Positions 27,923 through 38,252 are shown, counted from the stretch's first letter. The stretch: DNA of 64,000 bases from a bacterium (GCA_965221165.1 CBDCRP010000002.1:1216001-1280000), one strand, 5' to 3'. Numbers and translations: made by a program. The notes: generated by a model not told the origin, from the letters alone.

Positions 27923-28528
27923 CTACCGTACACCCTTGGGCTTGGGACGCGCCTTGCGCTTCGCAATCGCTTTTTTCATGTCGGCGCTCGATTTCCCGTT
28001 CGTCTCGATGCCGTACACCTCGCCCACGCGGGTGTGCTTGTCCATCAGGCGCATGAAGGAGATATCCGACAACTCGGCCAGCACCATCTCACACGTGCTG
28101 AAAATGGTGCATCCCTCCACCAGGTGACCGCCGAAGCACGTCGCCTCGGGCCGGCCCATCGATATGGTGACGTGGGCATGGAGGTAGGGCTCTCCAGCCT
28201 CGGTCTGCGTGATGTTGCCGCTCATCTGCAAAAGCTCGAGCGGGCCGTTGATGGGCGTGAAGATGCGGCACTCGTCGTTGATGGGAAACGGGTCGGGGAA
28301 CTGCCACACGTTTCTGAGCACCGCTTTTTGCAAGCTCGCCGCCACGCTCAGGATGACGCCCGCCTTCACGCCCTTCTCCTGGCATATCTTGAGCGTCGTG
28401 CCGAACAAATCGTCTCCCGGTGCCATGCGGATGGCCAGGACACGACCGATGCCGGCTTCGGCCACATCGTAGCGGGCCTTGCGGGTCTTCCAGTTGGAAT
28501 TATCGAAATTCGTCAATTTTCTCGCCAT
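27923..28528 (-). CDS. PPC/DUF296 domain protein
   Basis: R..PG.DL, ELL.MSGNI, YLHAH.T, GGHL. Confidence 0.85.
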   Translation of the reverse strand: MARKLTNFDNSNWKTRKARYDVAEAGIGRVLAIRMAPGDDLFGTTLKICQEKGVKAGVILSVAASLQKAVLRNVWQFPDPFPINDECRIFTPINGPLELLQMSGNITQTEAGEPYLHAHVTISMGRPEATCFGGHLVEGCTIFSTCEMVLAELSDISFMRLMDKHTRVGEVYGIETNGKSSADMKKAIAKRKARPKPKGVR

Positions 28529-28660
28529 GGATACTCATTCTCCCTGAGAGGCATCTCGCCTCGCCTGTGAAAAGATGCGTTGAGTACAAAATTTTTGGGG
28601 TTATATCATGCCAGATGTCGAAACGCATTCTAAATCCGAACCCGCGAAATGAAAAACGTC

Positions 28661-29944
28661 TCAAACACTCGGCGCCTCGTAGCGGATTTCCCCGCCCGTG
28701 ACGGTGCAGGCGACGAACGCGCCTGCCTCGAATACGTCGCCCAGGTTCAAATCACCAGAACCGTGAGGCGGACAGACGGCGCAAAAATCAGCCGCGCCGC
28801 CCGGTTTCAAGACGCCCACGTTATCGAAGCCGAGCGCCTCGGCACCTGCGCGCGTGCACATCTCGAGCAGCTCGGCGTCGCTGATCTCCGCATCCGTCTC
28901 GCGAAGGGCCCGAGCCTCATCCAGAAGCGAGAGCGTGGGGCTGCTCGCCAGGCTGTCGGTTCCCAGGCACAGGTCCAGCCCCGCCTCGCGCATGCGCGCT
29001 GCATCGGCAAAGGGATGGCCGAAAAAACGAGCCGAGCGCGGACAAAGGCAAACGCGCACCCCGTTCTTCCTGAGCAGCACCCAGTCTTCCGCGTTGGTCT
29101 GATTCGCGTGCACGGCCAGAGCGAGGCCATCGAGCGCGCCCGCCAAGTCGAGATGGGCGACGGGCCTAAGACCCGAGGGATTGAAGCCGTCCAGAGAACC
29201 GTTCAACTCCCGGTGGACTCTCGCGAGCGCGCCGCCGCCGTCTCGTAAGAATTCGACCTCACCTGCGCTCTCGCCCAAGTGCGTCGCTACGGGCCAGCCC
29301 CTCTCCCTCGCCTCATTCAACACCGCGCGGTAGAGGGCGAGCGACGCGCTATAGGGCGCATGGGGGCTCAGTCCATGCCGGACGGCATTCGGAATCGCGC
29401 CTTTGTATTCCGGGAAAAAGGCCTGATCTTTGAGTTTTTTTGCCAGAATCTCATCGGCCTGGGCCGGGTCGAGCCCCAGCACCTCGTGAAACACCACGCC
29501 GCGCATCCCCGCGCCTGAAATCGCCGTCGCGCTCTCCCCCGAGGTCGAGACGTCGCCCACACAGGTGACGCCCGCCGCCAGACTCGTGGCGACGCCGATG
29601 CGGGCCGAGGCTAGAAAAAGATGGGCGGGCCAGCCTCTCATCTTGCGCACGAGGGAGACTATCCACTCCTCCATCGGGCCGGGATTACGCTCGACGCCTG
29701 AGAGTTCCAGGTGCGTGTGCGCGTTGACGAGACCCGGAATCAGGATCGCCCGGCCGAAATCGCGCTCCTCGGCCACCGGCTCGGTGGGACGCACGAAGGC
29801 CTCCTCGCCGACCGCCAGAACCCGGCCCGAGGACGTGAGCAACGCGCCGCGCCTGATGGGTGGCCCATTCACCGGACAGACGAGGTCCGCCAGCCAAAGC
29901 TCCATCTTCTGCGCTTGGGGGATGCGGGTCGGTTCCGTCGTCAC
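28661..29944 (-). CDS. Amidohydrolase, probable aminodeoxyfutalosine deaminase
   Basis: PGLVNAHTHLELS, SPHAPYS, THLGES..E, CPRS, LGTDSLAS; immediately downstream of mqnC. Confidence 0.75.
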   Translation of the reverse strand: MTTEPTRIPQAQKMELWLADLVCPVNGPPIRRGALLTSSGRVLAVGEEAFVRPTEPVAEERDFGRAILIPGLVNAHTHLELSGVERNPGPMEEWIVSLVRKMRGWPAHLFLASARIGVATSLAAGVTCVGDVSTSGESATAISGAGMRGVVFHEVLGLDPAQADEILAKKLKDQAFFPEYKGAIPNAVRHGLSPHAPYSASLALYRAVLNEARERGWPVATHLGESAGEVEFLRDGGGALARVHRELNGSLDGFNPSGLRPVAHLDLAGALDGLALAVHANQTNAEDWVLLRKNGVRVCLCPRSARFFGHPFADAARMREAGLDLCLGTDSLASSPTLSLLDEARALRETDAEISDAELLEMCTRAGAEALGFDNVGVLKPGGAADFCAVCPPHGSGDLNLGDVFEAGAFVACTVTGGEIRYEAPSV

Positions 29945-29957
29945 GAGAGAAAAGTTG

Positions 29958-31037
29958 CTAGATCAATTCGTAGAAGAAATTGCGCCGCTTGGGCGTAAAA
30001 CCCGCATTTTGCGCCATGCGGTGGAGGTCGGCCTCGTTTAAGGCGTAGGTCGTGCCTGCGGCGCTCACGACGTTTTCCTCCAGCATGGTCGAACCCATGT
30101 CGTTGCAGCCGTAGTGCAGCGAAATCTCCCCGATCTTCATGCCCTGCGTCACCCAAGAGGATTGGAAGTTCAGGATGTTGTCCAGATACAACCGGCTGAT
30201 GGCTAGCATCCGCAAATACTCGCTGCTGCCCACCGTCTGGGCCTTGAGCGCCGCTGCGCCGTCGTTCTGGAACGTCCAGCAGATGTAGGCCGTGAAGCCA
30301 CCCGTCTCGTCCTGAAGCTCACGCAGGCGGTGAAGGTGCTCGACCCGTTCCGCATCCGTCTCCACATGACCGAACATCATCGTGGCGCTGGAGCGGATGC
30401 CGAGATTGTGGGCGACGCGCATGACCTCGAGCCAGCCCTCCGAGTTGACTTTCAGCCTCGATATCGTGTCGCGCACGCGGTCGACCAGAATCTCGCCGCC
30501 GCCTCCGGGCACCGAATCGAGACCCGCCGCGCGCAGGCGAGTGAGCACTACCTCGTAAGGCATGTCCTCGAGTCTGGCGATGTGGTGAATCTCCGGCGGA
30601 CTTAAGCCGTGGAGATGGAGGTCCGGAAACTCCCCCTTCATCCAGGAGAAGAGTTCCTCATACCATTCGATTCTGAGATCGGGGTGGTGTCCCCCTTGCA
30701 GGAGAATCTGCTTACCTCCCACGGCGTAGAGTTCATCTAGTTTTTGCTTTATTCCCTCGCGCGTCCTGATATAGGCCTCGGGATGATCGCCCGGCGGGCG
30801 GTAGAACGCGCAGAACGTGCAATAGACGTCGCACACGTTCGTGTAGTTGATGTTCCTGTCCACGCAATAGGTGGCGTAGCCCTCAGGATGCAGGCGCGCG
30901 CGCACGTCATCCGCCGCGGCCCCTAGGGCGACGAGGTCGTCGCCTTCGAGCAGGGCCAGACCCTCATCAAAGGAGAGCCGCTCTCCCACCGCTGCTTTTT
31001 CAATCGCCTCGTAAAACGCCGTCGTCGCCGTGGTCAT
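29958..31037 (-). CDS. mqnC: Cyclic dehypoxanthinyl futalosine synthase (radical SAM)
   Basis: DRNINYTNVC...C.FCAFYR, LLQGG.HP, ATMMFGHVE, QSSWVTQG, MLEENVVSAAG. Confidence 0.92.
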   Translation of the reverse strand: MTTATTAFYEAIEKAAVGERLSFDEGLALLEGDDLVALGAAADDVRARLHPEGYATYCVDRNINYTNVCDVYCTFCAFYRPPGDHPEAYIRTREGIKQKLDELYAVGGKQILLQGGHHPDLRIEWYEELFSWMKGEFPDLHLHGLSPPEIHHIARLEDMPYEVVLTRLRAAGLDSVPGGGGEILVDRVRDTISRLKVNSEGWLEVMRVAHNLGIRSSATMMFGHVETDAERVEHLHRLRELQDETGGFTAYICWTFQNDGAAALKAQTVGSSEYLRMLAISRLYLDNILNFQSSWVTQGMKIGEISLHYGCNDMGSTMLEENVVSAAGTTYALNEADLHRMAQNAGFTPKRRNFFYELI

Positions 31038-31090
31038 GGATTTCCTCTCACACCAGTTCAAGCCTTGGGAATAATGCGGGAGAGATACTA

Positions 31091-32830
31091 TCAGGTCAAC
31101 AGATGGAACCGGCGGAGCGAATCGCTTTCCCGCCCCAGCGCCACGTCGCGGGGATTCTCGATGGCGCGGATCGCGAGCGGCTCGGTGCGGTTTCTCACCT
31201 CGATCTGATGCCCGGGGAAGGCGGAGACGTCCACTCCTGCGCGTTCAGCCACCCGGGCCGAGATGACGAGCCGACAGCCGTATTCCTTGGTCAAATCCTG
31301 AAGGCGGCTGGCCGTGTTCACCGTATCGCCCACCGCCGTGAGATATTTGGCCACGCCCCGGCCCATCTCGCCCACCACGGTGGGGCCTGTGTGCACTCCG
31401 ATGCCGACGCGGAGGGGTTCTTCGAGTTCATCGGCGAACGCCTCACTCATCTCATCGATCGCGTCCACGATGGCGCAGGCCGCTGCGAGGGCCTGTCTGC
31501 AGCCCTCTTCGGGCCCTTCCTCGACGCCGAAGAGCGCCATGACGCCGTCTCCGACGAACTGGTTGATGAGTCCGCCCTCCTTCGTGATCGCCTCGCCCAT
31601 CGCCTCGAAATAGCAATTGAGGAAAAACACGACGTCATAGGGAAGTTTCTTCTCGGCGATGCGGGTGAAGCCCCTCAAATCGGCGAACAAGACGGCCACC
31701 CCGCGTTCCTGACCCGAGGCGTAGCCTTTTTGCGCAAAACCCTGCGCCGCATCCGCCCCGGCGGGCAGCATGAGCAGAACAGAGAGGTCCGTCCCCGGCC
31801 TCAACTGGCACGCCAGGCGAACGTCGGGAGCGGCCTTGATGCGCTCCAGAACGCGCCGTTCTTCTGGCTGCGCGGGTGGTAAGGCATCCGCCCCGCCCAG
31901 CAACTTCACGCGGCAGGTGGAGCAACGCCCGCGCCCCCCGCATACGGAGGCGTGCGGAACCCCGGCGGCGCGGCTCGCCTCCAGCACGGTGGAGCCCACA
32001 GGCGCCACGGCCTCGCGCCCGCCCGCATAGGCGACGCGAAACATCTTTCGCCTCCGCTCATCCGCGCAGCGCACCCCGCGCGCAACCAACACCAGGGCGA
32101 CAAGACCCAGATAGCCCAACCACAGGGTGTCGCGCGCGGCGTGGAGTTCTCCCCTCTGGGCGCGGTTGGGTATCCCGGTGCGGCGCAACATCTCGCGCCG
32201 CCACTCCCCATCCGCCGACAGCCTCGCCGCCTCGCGCCCGCCCTGGCTGAAGCCCGCCAGCGAGAGAGCGGCGATGAGGACCATGACGGACAGGCACGCC
32301 GGAAACCACCTCGAGTACCAGGGCCTGAGCCTCAGCCAGTAGTGAAGCCCCACGCAGGCGTGCGTCCAGGCGATGAGCAGAAAAATCGTTTGCTTGAGGC
32401 CTACGTCCGGCGAGAGCTCCCAATAGAGGAACATGATGCGCGCATAGGAATCCACCGTGCCGAACCACTCATGGGCCAGGCGCGTGCCCACGACGTGTGA
32501 GATCATGAACAAGGGGATCGAGAGACCGAAAATGATCTGGGCCGCCTCCCAGAGTGGCATGCGGAGGCTTCGGCGATTGAACAGGCCATACATCGCCAGC
32601 ACGGTATGCAGTATGAGCGAACTATAGAAAAGCACCGAACCCGGGACGCTTCGCCAGATTCCCAGAAACCATAATCTGCCCGCTTCCATCATTTCGAGCG
32701 AGGCCAGCCCGAGGGCGTGATTGAGAAGATGGGTGATGAGAAAAAGATATAGAACGCAGCCGGTCGCGAGACTCATGCGTCTGCGCCAGTGTTCGATGGA
32801 AGAGGCGGCGGCAGACGCATCGGTGGTCAT
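31091..32830 (-). CDS. Class III nucleotide cyclase with a 6-TM His-rich (heme-b type) domain and a 2Fe-2S ferredoxin domain (CyaC-like)
   Basis: HL.NHALG and further TM histidines; CGGRGRCSTC...RLACQ; FADLRGFT, GDGVMA, GDTVN.ASRL. Confidence 0.88.
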   Translation of the reverse strand: MTTDASAAASSIEHWRRRMSLATGCVLYLFLITHLLNHALGLASLEMMEAGRLWFLGIWRSVPGSVLFYSSLILHTVLAMYGLFNRRSLRMPLWEAAQIIFGLSIPLFMISHVVGTRLAHEWFGTVDSYARIMFLYWELSPDVGLKQTIFLLIAWTHACVGLHYWLRLRPWYSRWFPACLSVMVLIAALSLAGFSQGGREAARLSADGEWRREMLRRTGIPNRAQRGELHAARDTLWLGYLGLVALVLVARGVRCADERRRKMFRVAYAGGREAVAPVGSTVLEASRAAGVPHASVCGGRGRCSTCRVKLLGGADALPPAQPEERRVLERIKAAPDVRLACQLRPGTDLSVLLMLPAGADAAQGFAQKGYASGQERGVAVLFADLRGFTRIAEKKLPYDVVFFLNCYFEAMGEAITKEGGLINQFVGDGVMALFGVEEGPEEGCRQALAAACAIVDAIDEMSEAFADELEEPLRVGIGVHTGPTVVGEMGRGVAKYLTAVGDTVNTASRLQDLTKEYGCRLVISARVAERAGVDVSAFPGHQIEVRNRTEPLAIRAIENPRDVALGRESDSLRRFHLLT

Positions 32831-32854
32831 GAAACCAATCTCCAAAGAGGCGGC

Positions 32855-33646
32855 TCAGACGGGGTTTTTCTCCAGGAATTTCTCCATCTGCGCGATGAAG
32901 GCTTCTGGCTGATCCCAAAAGACGCTGTGGCCTGCATAGGGGATGATCGAAGTGGAGCAATCGGGCACGTGCTTCGCATATACTTCGCTGAAATCCAGAG
33001 GCCCTGCGTCGTTCTCCCCGTGGCACACCCAGGTGGGGACGGGGATTTTGTGCAACTCATCCCTTAAATCCGGCATCGTGAACAGCGCGTTCGCGGTATC
33101 GGCGAACGTCTCGGGCGTGTTCTTTAAGAACCTCTCCTTGTACTCGCCGGCCAGAGGGCCCTCGCGCAGGCTTTCGGGGAGTTCGCCCCGGCGCACCTTG
33201 AATTCCAAGAGCGCCTCCATCCCTTCTGATTGCGCGACCTCCAACTGCTCGTCGAACATCTGCCGGTACGCGCCTGAGGGAGGGCCTGCGGATGAGGCGG
33301 AGAGCATGAGGCGGTTCAGGCGCTCTGGGTGCTGAATACCGAGCATGGTGCCCGTGCGCCCACCCATGCTTTGTCCGAGATAATCGGCGCGCTCGATCTC
33401 GAGAGCGTCCAGAAAACCAAGCACGTCGTCGGCGATAGTCTGGATGGTGTAGGGGCCTCTCGGCTTGTCCGAATCGCCGTGGCCGCGCAAATCAAGCGCT
33501 AACACCCGAAAACGCCCCGCCAGCCGGTCGATGATGGGCCGGAAGGTGAAATGAGAGTTCTGAAAACCGTGCACCAGAAGAAGCGGCGTTCCCTCCCCGC
33601 GCTCGATATAGTGGATGTCTATCCCGTTCACATGCGCTTTCGGCAA
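32855..33646 (-). CDS. Alpha/beta hydrolase (enol-lactonase-like)
   Basis: HG, DLRGHG.S, GQSMGG, G.ND, AGH; TTG start after AAGGAG. Confidence 0.85.
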   Translation of the reverse strand: MPKAHVNGIDIHYIERGEGTPLLLVHGFQNSHFTFRPIIDRLAGRFRVLALDLRGHGDSDKPRGPYTIQTIADDVLGFLDALEIERADYLGQSMGGRTGTMLGIQHPERLNRLMLSASSAGPPSGAYRQMFDEQLEVAQSEGMEALLEFKVRRGELPESLREGPLAGEYKERFLKNTPETFADTANALFTMPDLRDELHKIPVPTWVCHGENDAGPLDFSEVYAKHVPDCSTSIIPYAGHSVFWDQPEAFIAQMEKFLEKNPV

Positions 33647-33668
33647 GGCTGTTCTCCTTCGATTCCTA

Positions 33669-35093
33669 TTACGCCGCCCCAACAGGGGGCCGCTCGTTCC
33701 TGAGTTCGGGCGTCGCCTCTTCATAGGCATGCGCCACGCGCAACACGTCGGTTTCGCGCCAGGGGCCACTCACGATCTGAAGCGAGGTGGGCATCCCTTC
33801 TGAATTTCTACCCATCGGCGTGACGAGCGCCGGAAAGCCCGTGGCGTTGTGCGGCCCGAGAAACGGCCTGTGGATGTTCTTGTAGGGAACGTCCCTGCCG
33901 TTCATCCGGGCGATGAGCGTCGCAATCGGCGGGGCGACACAGGGCATGGCGGGCTGGATCAGCGCGTCCACACCTTCAAAGAACCCGGCGACCTTGCGCT
34001 GCATCAATACGCGCTCGCGCATCGCGCGCACGTAATCATCTTGCGCGATCTGGAACGACCACTCCAAACGCTCGAGCACGTCCTCCCCGTAGCCTCCCGG
34101 GTTTTGCTCGAAAAACGGCCTGTGAAACTCGCTGAACTCAGGCCCCGTGATGAGCGGGAACAAATCCATCAGCTTCTGATAGTGCGTGAAGGAGACCTCC
34201 TCCACCCGTGCGCCCAGGGCGCGGAACACTTCCACCGCCGCCTCGAACGCCGCCATGATCTCGGAATCCACCTCGGCGTCTCCGTGAAAATCCGGGCAGA
34301 CGAGTATGCGGCTCCCGCGCACCCCGTCCTCCAAACTTGCGGTGTAATCGGGAACGGGCACGTTTTGGGACTTTGAATCCTGGGCGTCATAGCCCGCCAT
34401 CGCCTGAAGCATGAGGCCGGCGTCGCGCGCCGTGCGCGTCATGGGGCCCGGGTGGTCGAAGCTCAAGGAGTTGGGGCAGATGCCCCTCAGGCTCACCCGG
34501 CCGTGGGTCGCCTTGAAGCCCACGCCCCCGCACAGGGAGGAGGGGTTGCGGATGGAGCCGCCCGTGTCCGTGCCGATGGCGCAAGGCGCAAGACCCGCCG
34601 CGCAGGCGGCGCCCGAACCGCCGCTCGAGCCGCCGACGATGCGCTCGGTATCCCAGGGGTTACGAACGGTGCCGTAATGGGGGTTGATGGTCACCGGGGC
34701 GGCGGCGAACTCGTGCGTGGTCGTCTTGCCCAGCATGACGGCGCCCGTACCCTTCAAGCGCCTGATGATTTCCGCGTCCTCGCGCGGAACGTTGTCGCGA
34801 TGAAAAGAAGAACCGTTGGTGGTAAGCACCCCCGCCGTATCGACGATGTCCTTGGTGCCATAGGGAACCCCGTGCATGGGGCCTCGCCACTGGCCCTTCA
34901 TGATCTCGGCTTCGGCGGCGCGGGCCGCCTCCATGGCGGCTTCCGCCGTCACCGTCTGATAGGCGAATATCTCAGGGTTCAGCGCCTCGATGCGGCGCAG
35001 GTGCGCCTCGGCCACCTCGACGGGTGAGATTTCTTTTTTGCGAATCATCTGCGCGAGGTCATGAATACTCGAAAAACAAAGGTCATCGCTCAT
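33669..35093 (-). CDS. Amidase-signature (GatA-like) amidase; own RBS and ATG, but in frame with upstream mqnA
   Basis: HGVPYG.KD, GKTTTHEFA, GGSSGGS, GTDTGGSIR (complete Lys-cisSer-Ser triad). Confidence 0.9.
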   Translation of the reverse strand: MSDDLCFSSIHDLAQMIRKKEISPVEVAEAHLRRIEALNPEIFAYQTVTAEAAMEAARAAEAEIMKGQWRGPMHGVPYGTKDIVDTAGVLTTNGSSFHRDNVPREDAEIIRRLKGTGAVMLGKTTTHEFAAAPVTINPHYGTVRNPWDTERIVGGSSGGSGAACAAGLAPCAIGTDTGGSIRNPSSLCGGVGFKATHGRVSLRGICPNSLSFDHPGPMTRTARDAGLMLQAMAGYDAQDSKSQNVPVPDYTASLEDGVRGSRILVCPDFHGDAEVDSEIMAAFEAAVEVFRALGARVEEVSFTHYQKLMDLFPLITGPEFSEFHRPFFEQNPGGYGEDVLERLEWSFQIAQDDYVRAMRERVLMQRKVAGFFEGVDALIQPAMPCVAPPIATLIARMNGRDVPYKNIHRPFLGPHNATGFPALVTPMGRNSEGMPTSLQIVSGPWRETDVLRVAHAYEEATPELRNERPPVGAA

Positions 35094-35921
35094 GTCATCC
35101 TCCTTAGAAGCCGCGTCGCCCACCACCTCCACGCGGGTCTGCGCCTCATCGACGTATCTCGGCTCCCAGCCCTCGGGCGCCAGTCCGTCTTCGACGAGAA
35201 GCTCATAATAACGCCTTAAACCTTCCAGTTCCTCATCGCCCACATCGTAGCGGATGCACTCCGTGAGGTAACACCACGCCGTGTTCTTGTCGACGCCTCG
35301 GGGAAGCGCGCCGTTTACGATCTCCTCTATCTTCCCCACGCCCTCTTTTTTCGCGTTTTGCAAAAGCGCGGCGGCCTCTGCGTCCCCCGCGCCCGGCCTG
35401 AACACCCAGAGCGCGTAGACGAAGGGAAGGCCCGTAAAGTTCCGCCACTCTTCCCCTAAGTCGAGCACGTAGTGATCGCCCGGCGGTTCGCGAAGCGCGT
35501 TGTCGCCGATGAGCAAAAAGGCGTCCACCGTCTCGTCCTCGCGGGGAGGCTTGAGCGGATCGATGGGCACGAACTCGGGCTCCGCCCCCCAGCGGTGTTT
35601 GAGATAAACGCGCGCCATGTTCGTCGCGGCGAGCGACCAGCTATCGAGCCCCACGCGGCGCAGGGAGTCAGCAGGCCTTCGGCAATAGAGGCGGATGCTT
35701 TCCACCGGGCCGTGGCTTGCGATGCCCACGCCGGGCGCGAAGCGCGCGCCGCGCATCTGGAAAAGGGCGAACGAGGAGACGAGCGCGCCGTCCAGTTCGC
35801 CGCTTTCCAGCATTAGCGCCAGCTTCGAGGGGGGTTCGACGATGAGTTCGACTTGTGAATTTCCCTCGAGTGCAACCGTGAGGGGCCTTGCATTCAGGAA
35901 GGGAACGGTGCCGAGTTTCAT
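35094..35921 (-). CDS. mqnA: Chorismate dehydratase; no in-frame stop, reads into the amidase (fusion 33669..35921)
   Basis: LG.VPFLNARPL, I.S.G.V.S, LLIGD.AL, DLG.EW..FTGLPFVYALW; 8 bp downstream of mqnE. Confidence 0.9.
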
Positions 35922-35929
35922 AGTGGTGA

Positions 35930-37069
35930 TCAGGCGTGAACTGCCCATTGATCTCCCTGGCGCGTGACTTCCCGGTAGAGCGTGTCGCGCTCGACGGGCT
36001 CGCGCCCCGCCTCTCTGATGAGGCGGCGGATGTCGTTCACGGTGAGTTCGTGCGGCGTCTTGGCGCCCGCCATGTGGTAGATCTTCTCCTGAACCACGGT
36101 GCCGTCCAGATCGTCCACGCCGAAGCGCTGAGAAATTTGCGCGATGGGCCGGCCCACCATGATCCAGTAGGCCTTGATGTGGGGGATGTTGTCGAGCAAA
36201 AGACGCCCGACGGCGTAGTTTCTGATGTCGAGCATCCCGCCCGTGGAGGGGATGTCGTCCATCTGCGTATTCTCGGGATGAAACGCCAGGGGGATGAAGG
36301 TGGTGAAACCGCCGGTTTCGTCCTGTAAATCCCTGAGCCTCAGCATGTGATCCACGCGATCCTCGTTCGATTCCACGTGGCCGTAGAGCATGGTGCACGT
36401 GCTGCGGATGCCCTTGTTGTGGGCGATGCGGTGAATTTCGAGCCAGTCCTCGCCCGAGTGCTTCCCCTTACAAATTCGGGAGCGCGTGGGTTCCGCGAAA
36501 ATCTCCGCCCCGCCGCCCGTGAGCGAACCGAGCCCTGAACGCACCAGATGCTCGAGCGTCTCCTCGACGCTCATCTTGGCGACGTGATCGGCGAGCCAGC
36601 GAATCTCCGTGGCCGTGAAGACCTTCAGGTGCAACTGGGGGTGAATCTCCTTGATGCCCTGGATCATTTCGAGATAGTAGTCGAAGGGCAGATCGGGATG
36701 GAGGCCGCCCACCATGTGGAACTCGGTGCGGCCCCGGCCCAGCGTTTCCGCCATCTTGAAGATTTCCTCCAGCGAATACGCATAGGCGTCCTGCTGGCCC
36801 TCTTTTTTACCGAACGCGCAGAACTTGCACGCCTTCCACAACACGCAGACGTTCGAATAGTTGATGTGGCTGTTCACGTTGTAATAGGTGCGATTCCCGT
36901 GGAGGCACTCGCGCACGATGTTCGCCAAGAAGCCTAAGGCGTTGATGTCTTCGGCTTCATAGAGGCGCACACCCTCTTCAAAAGAGAGGCGCAGACCCGC
37001 TTCGACTTTTTCCAGGATATCGCCCAGAGGGCCTCTCTGGACGCGCGAGCGCATGAAGTCCCTGCTCAT
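35930..37069 (-). CDS. mqnE: Aminofutalosine synthase (radical SAM)
   Basis: HINYSNVC....CKFCAF, HMVGGLHP, GGGAEIF, FIPLAFHP, HIKAYWIM, EKIYHMAG, ERDTLY. Confidence 0.92.
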   Translation of the reverse strand: MSRDFMRSRVQRGPLGDILEKVEAGLRLSFEEGVRLYEAEDINALGFLANIVRECLHGNRTYYNVNSHINYSNVCVLWKACKFCAFGKKEGQQDAYAYSLEEIFKMAETLGRGRTEFHMVGGLHPDLPFDYYLEMIQGIKEIHPQLHLKVFTATEIRWLADHVAKMSVEETLEHLVRSGLGSLTGGGAEIFAEPTRSRICKGKHSGEDWLEIHRIAHNKGIRSTCTMLYGHVESNEDRVDHMLRLRDLQDETGGFTTFIPLAFHPENTQMDDIPSTGGMLDIRNYAVGRLLLDNIPHIKAYWIMVGRPIAQISQRFGVDDLDGTVVQEKIYHMAGAKTPHELTVNDIRRLIREAGREPVERDTLYREVTRQGDQWAVHA

Positions 37070-37175
37070 GGTTCACCTTCTGCTTTTCGTCTCTTCGGAG
37101 AATCGACCTAGCCGGTGACGCACGTGCGCATTCTGGAGGCTGAAAAGGGGGATGTCAACGCGGGGCGGGGGGGGC

Positions 37176-38252
37176 TCAGACCCCGTTCGCCTCTTGATAC
37201 GCCAGAGTCAACGCTTCGAGGATTTCTGGCTTGATTTCTTCCTTAAGAGTATTCCCTTGCCCTATTCTGTCCGGTTGGATGGCTCGCTCCACGGATTCAA
37301 GCGCCACAGGAGCCCGCCGCTCAAACACCGTCCGCCAAACCTGGACGGATGGTTGTTGCTTTTCGTTCCAGATGGTCACCAAGCCGGCGTTGTCCGGCAT
37401 GATGCGCGGCAGGAGGGTAAAGCGTTTTCCTTCGACACCCATGAAAGTGGAGAGACGCACATTCGGCAACGAGGCCAATTCTTCCGCCCATGCAATCAAT
37501 TCTTCGAACGCCTTACGAGTCTCGCCGGTTGTGTCGGCAATTGAGGCTCGGAATGCGTCAGAGCCATCAGTAAGCCTTCCCCGAGGTGCGACGAACTTGG
37601 AGCCGTCAGAGGGGCTATGCGCGCTGAGGTCTGGCGAAACACGCTGAGGTAGAGCGACCTGCGCTCCATTTACCTCGTAGACCTTGAGCGTGATCAGATC
37701 GATCGTAAGCGCCTGGACGGTGATAGCATCCAAATACGCGACTACTCTTTCCAGTTCTGTCGGAACGTCATCCAACACGAGGACCAATCTGAAGTTGCCT
37801 TGTCGAAGGAAATCTTGCATTGAGGCCGTAAACGAATCGGCATCCACCGCCCCCTCCTGGTCCTCAGCCTTCACAGCCTCGAATATGGACTCATGCCCCG
37901 CATCCGCAAGAAATTTGCGAAGAGGTCCCTTCTCAAGGTCCTCTATATTGAATCCTTGGAGAAAAGCCGCATACGCGATAATCTGCGACACGATAGCCCT
38001 GCGCGCCTCGGGGTTCTGGTGCAGCTTCACCTCGATGATCGTAGGACGGCCAGAGGATTCGACTGCAAGGATGTCCGCGTATCCGGTTCCCAACTGTATT
38101 TCAGAACCCAGAACCACAAGGCGAGGAGAACCGCTCAACGGCAGGAATTGCGGGTTCTCTCTGATGAGTTCATGCAGTTTGGCCTCGTCCTCGAACGCGC
38201 GAGGCTTGCCCCATTCCCATCCTTCGCCGCTGTTCGTCCAGATTCCGGTCAT
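37176..38252 (-). CDS. PD-(D/E)XK nuclease-like protein (NucS/DUF91-like)
   Basis: E..L...I..NP, E.....G.ADILA, IIEVK, Q...YA. Confidence 0.65.
   Translation of the reverse strand: MTGIWTNSGEGWEWGKPRAFEDEAKLHELIRENPQFLPLSGSPRLVVLGSEIQLGTGYADILAVESSGRPTIIEVKLHQNPEARRAIVSQIIAYAAFLQGFNIEDLEKGPLRKFLADAGHESIFEAVKAEDQEGAVDADSFTASMQDFLRQGNFRLVLVLDDVPTELERVVAYLDAITVQALTIDLITLKVYEVNGAQVALPQRVSPDLSAHSPSDGSKFVAPRGRLTDGSDAFRASIADTTGETRKAFEELIAWAEELASLPNVRLSTFMGVEGKRFTLLPRIMPDNAGLVTIWNEKQQPSVQVWRTVFERRAPVALESVERAIQPDRIGQGNTLKEEIKPEILEALTLAYQEANGV

Noticed and set aside
35922-36398. N-terminal 159 aa of the 909-aa ORF
   Set aside because: Alternative frame inside mqnE; MqnA similarity starts at 35921
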